DNA from: a bacterium
Lineage (GTDB): Bacteria > UBA8248 > JACPRG01 > G963555815
Direction of reading: 5' to 3'
Length of the DNA stretch: 64,000 nt
Assembly (NCBI GenBank): GCA_965218795.1
Contig: OZ244653.1
Location: 2,560,001-2,624,000 of the forward strand
Below the pieces are notes generated by a model that had not been told where the DNA came from, ran no database searches, and saw only the letters and a list, made by a program, of their open reading frames with translations. Position numbers and translations under genes: made by a program. Numbering within the stretch: position 1 is the stretch's first letter; each line of letters opens with the position of its first letter. Of the stretch, positions 61,856 to 64,000 are shown in pieces.

Positions 61856-62881
61856 TTATTCGCTCGCCGTGTTGTTAGCTCTCGCCTCAATGTGAGCGCA
61901 GCGGTCCATGAGCGCCTCGAACGTCTCGCCATCGTCGAGCAACATGCCGTCCGCCAGCATTCCGGCGTAGTCATCCGCCAGCGCGTCCCGCGCGGTTCCC
62001 ATGGGGACCAGTTGCAGATCGCCCGAAACCGCTGCCTCGTAGTCGATCCGGTTGCCGGCGGCGTCGTTCTCCGGGAAGAACATCGCCTTGTGACGAGCAA
62101 CAACGCGCGCCAGAGCACGGTCGGCCAACGCCGTTGCCGCGAAGCCTGCATCGTCCAGGCGCGCCAAGTCGTGCCAATGCCGAGAAAGGCGTTCACCCCG
62201 GGGCCTCTGCTGGCGACAGAAAACATGCGCGGCCGTGGCTTTCTCCCAGAAGGTGCGCTGGGCGAGCATGACCGTCGGGTGGGCCGTCGGAAACGCGAGA
62301 TCCGGCAGGAACCGCGCCGCATCGCATGTCACCGGCCGGACTTCATGGGGCTCGCCGGTCGAAAGCGCGCCGAACTCCACCATCACTTCCGGACGGACAA
62401 GACCGCTATCGTCGAACAGGGAGGAATAGCCGATCAGCACCCGGTCGTTGTCCGAGCGGACCCGGGCGGACAGCCCGGCTTGACCCAGGCCGTCCTCAAT
62501 GGCGGGCAGAGCCTGTTCATGGACCCAGGCCGCGAGGCGCACCCGGATCGCTCGCGTCCACCGGCGCTCCTGGCTGCGCGTCGAAGGGAGCGCCTCCTCG
62601 CCGGTGTCGGCGATCAGATCCGATGCCAGGGCCCGGATGTCGCAGGTAATATCGATATCTTCCGAAAACCGGTGGATCGCATGCCAAGCCTTGGACAGCG
62701 ACGTTCCGCCCTTGAATACCAGATCGTCGCGGAACGGCGCGTCGAACAGAGCGCGCAGGGCGCTGACGACCCAGATGTCCTTTTCCAGAAGATACGCCCG
62801 GCGGCCGCTCAAGCCTTCGGCGACTTCCAACGCATCGCGCCTGTCCGTGGACGACAGTGAATGGAACGAAGCTTCAGGCAT
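61856..62881 (-). CDS. AbiEii/AbiGii-family nucleotidyltransferase toxin
   Basis: LEKDIWV, FKGGTSLSK, RFSEDIDI, RTFWEK, SRHWHDL. Confidence 0.92.
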   Translation of the reverse strand: MPEASFHSLSSTDRRDALEVAEGLSGRRAYLLEKDIWVVSALRALFDAPFRDDLVFKGGTSLSKAWHAIHRFSEDIDITCDIRALASDLIADTGEEALPSTRSQERRWTRAIRVRLAAWVHEQALPAIEDGLGQAGLSARVRSDNDRVLIGYSSLFDDSGLVRPEVMVEFGALSTGEPHEVRPVTCDAARFLPDLAFPTAHPTVMLAQRTFWEKATAAHVFCRQQRPRGERLSRHWHDLARLDDAGFAATALADRALARVVARHKAMFFPENDAAGNRIDYEAAVSGDLQLVPMGTARDALADDYAGMLADGMLLDDGETFEALMDRCAHIEARANNTASE

Positions 62882-63482
62882 GGGCGACCAGAGCGCTGAC
62901 GGGTTCCGCCATCCAGGACGGCATGGTCGCACGCGCAGCCGCCAGCTCCGCCAGATCCCCGCTCGACAGAAGGGGGGCGACTTGTGCCAGACCCTCGTCG
63001 ATCTCCCGGGGACCCAGCCAGGCCAAAGCCCTGATGGCGTTGCCGGCCGGGCGACCGGGCGCCATCAGTTGCCAGCGTGGGGCATGGCGCAGCCGTACCG
63101 TCAATGCGCCAAGTCGCAACTGCCGGTTGGGACCGGAGGTCAGGTAGACGGGGCGCACGGGTATCTGGGTGGTCAGCCCGAGATGGTTGGCCGCGGCTCC
63201 CCCGCAGGGGACGATGGTCTCTCCCCACAATGCCGAAAGCGAAGCGATCACCTTCTCGACGGCGGGTGGACGCGAACCGAACGGCGTCTCGAAAGGGCGC
63301 ATGTATACGCCCTGGCAGATCCGCATCAGCCGCCCCGAACGGGCGAGGCGCGACAACGCCTGATCCACGGCGGCGCGGTTCCCCGAGTGAAGCAGGGCGG
63401 CCGAGCACAACGGCTCGCCCTCTTCGAGGACGGCGGCATGTTCCATGATGTGTTTTGACAGGCTCGGCACGGCGTGCTCCAT
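62874..63482 (-). CDS. AbiEi-like antitoxin/regulator (DUF6088)
   Basis: AVDQALSRL, GVY, ANHLGLTTQIP. Overlaps the toxin start. Confidence 0.88.
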   Translation of the reverse strand: MEHAVPSLSKHIMEHAAVLEEGEPLCSAALLHSGNRAAVDQALSRLARSGRLMRICQGVYMRPFETPFGSRPPAVEKVIASLSALWGETIVPCGGAAANHLGLTTQIPVRPVYLTSGPNRQLRLGALTVRLRHAPRWQLMAPGRPAGNAIRALAWLGPREIDEGLAQVAPLLSSGDLAELAAARATMPSWMAEPVSALVAHA

Positions 63483-63491
63483 CGACAGAAT

Positions 63492-63519
63492 TGTCAGAAA
63501 TTCAACTGATTTATTGACA
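63492..63519. promoter_or_regulatory. Imperfect inverted repeat, candidate antitoxin operator
   Basis: TGTCAGAAAT...ATTTATTGACA directly upstream of the antitoxin start. Confidence 0.4.
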
Positions 63520-63696
63520 TAACAAGAAGATATGACAACCCGGAAGCCTATGCAAGGGTTCGACGGTCCCGGTCCGCACCTCCCTTGATTCCCGGACCCA
63601 TGCCCTCACACTCGCCGCATCGCCAATGCCCTTCCTGCCAGCGTCCGCCATGGCCTGAATCGGCGGAAACGCCTGTAAAAATAGAGTGTTACGGCC

Positions 63697-64000
63697 ATGA
63701 CCGGTTGCCGACGAGGCGACGAGGAGCTGAATCTTCGCTGGTGCGACACCGGAGACGATGCGATCAATCTGCCCGACGGCGAGACCGGCCCACGCGCGAG
63801 GCCGCTCGACGAGGCGGAGAGGACGCTTATCAACGCGCTGCCTGGAGAGCGGAGCTCGGATGGCTTTGTGTTTCCGTGCCATGCCCAGCAGCAGAACATG
63901 CTTCGGCTTCGCTGGCGGACGGTTTGCGCGGATGCCGCGGTTCGCGGCAAGCTTCGGATTCACGATCTGCGACACACTGCGGCCAGTCATGCGGTCATGT
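63697..64000 (+). pseudogene. Tyrosine recombinase C-terminal fragment (runs off the window)
   Basis: MTGCRRG..LNLRW...LPDGETG...LRIHDLRHTAASHAVM, with no N-terminal part upstream. Confidence 0.8.

Larger units (their letters stand above)
42150..64000. mobile_element. Integrase-associated genomic (defence) island, right end beyond the window
   Basis: AT-rich junction, integrase, defence genes, IS remnant and a second integrase fragment. att sites not identified and left boundary approximate. Confidence 0.65.

Overview
GC-rich bacterial DNA in two parts. 1-42150 is mostly transport and catabolism genes: tctCBA, a Gfo/Idh/MocA oxidoreductase, cupin, MBL hydrolases, yyaL-like, lemA/TPM, Rieske plus amidohydrolase, a DRG-like GTPase, nagZ, a molybdoenzyme, two tandem MetE-like proteins and an ubiD-ubiD-TAXI/TRAP-MBL-SDR-SBP cluster. 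This part is interrupted by a solo sacsin-type ATPase/SF2 helicase gene, a type II-like R-M pair with a frameshifted methylase, and a defective IS1111-type (IS110 family) element. The element's bridge/seek RNA is readable from the sequence and appears to target a Shine-Dalgarno-plus-ATG site. From about 42150 to the end is an integrase-associated defence island. It holds an Mrr-like remnant and a DUF499 / small gene / DUF1156 methylase / PLD-SNF2 restriction-like system with an uncharacterised three-gene MBL-nuclease cassette nested inside. It also holds a Dsr1-like sirtuin with one in-frame TGA, an IS3 remnant, an AbiE-type TA pair and a second integrase fragment. No rRNA, tRNA or CRISPR array was seen. 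Family calls come from motifs recognised by eye, not from database searches.
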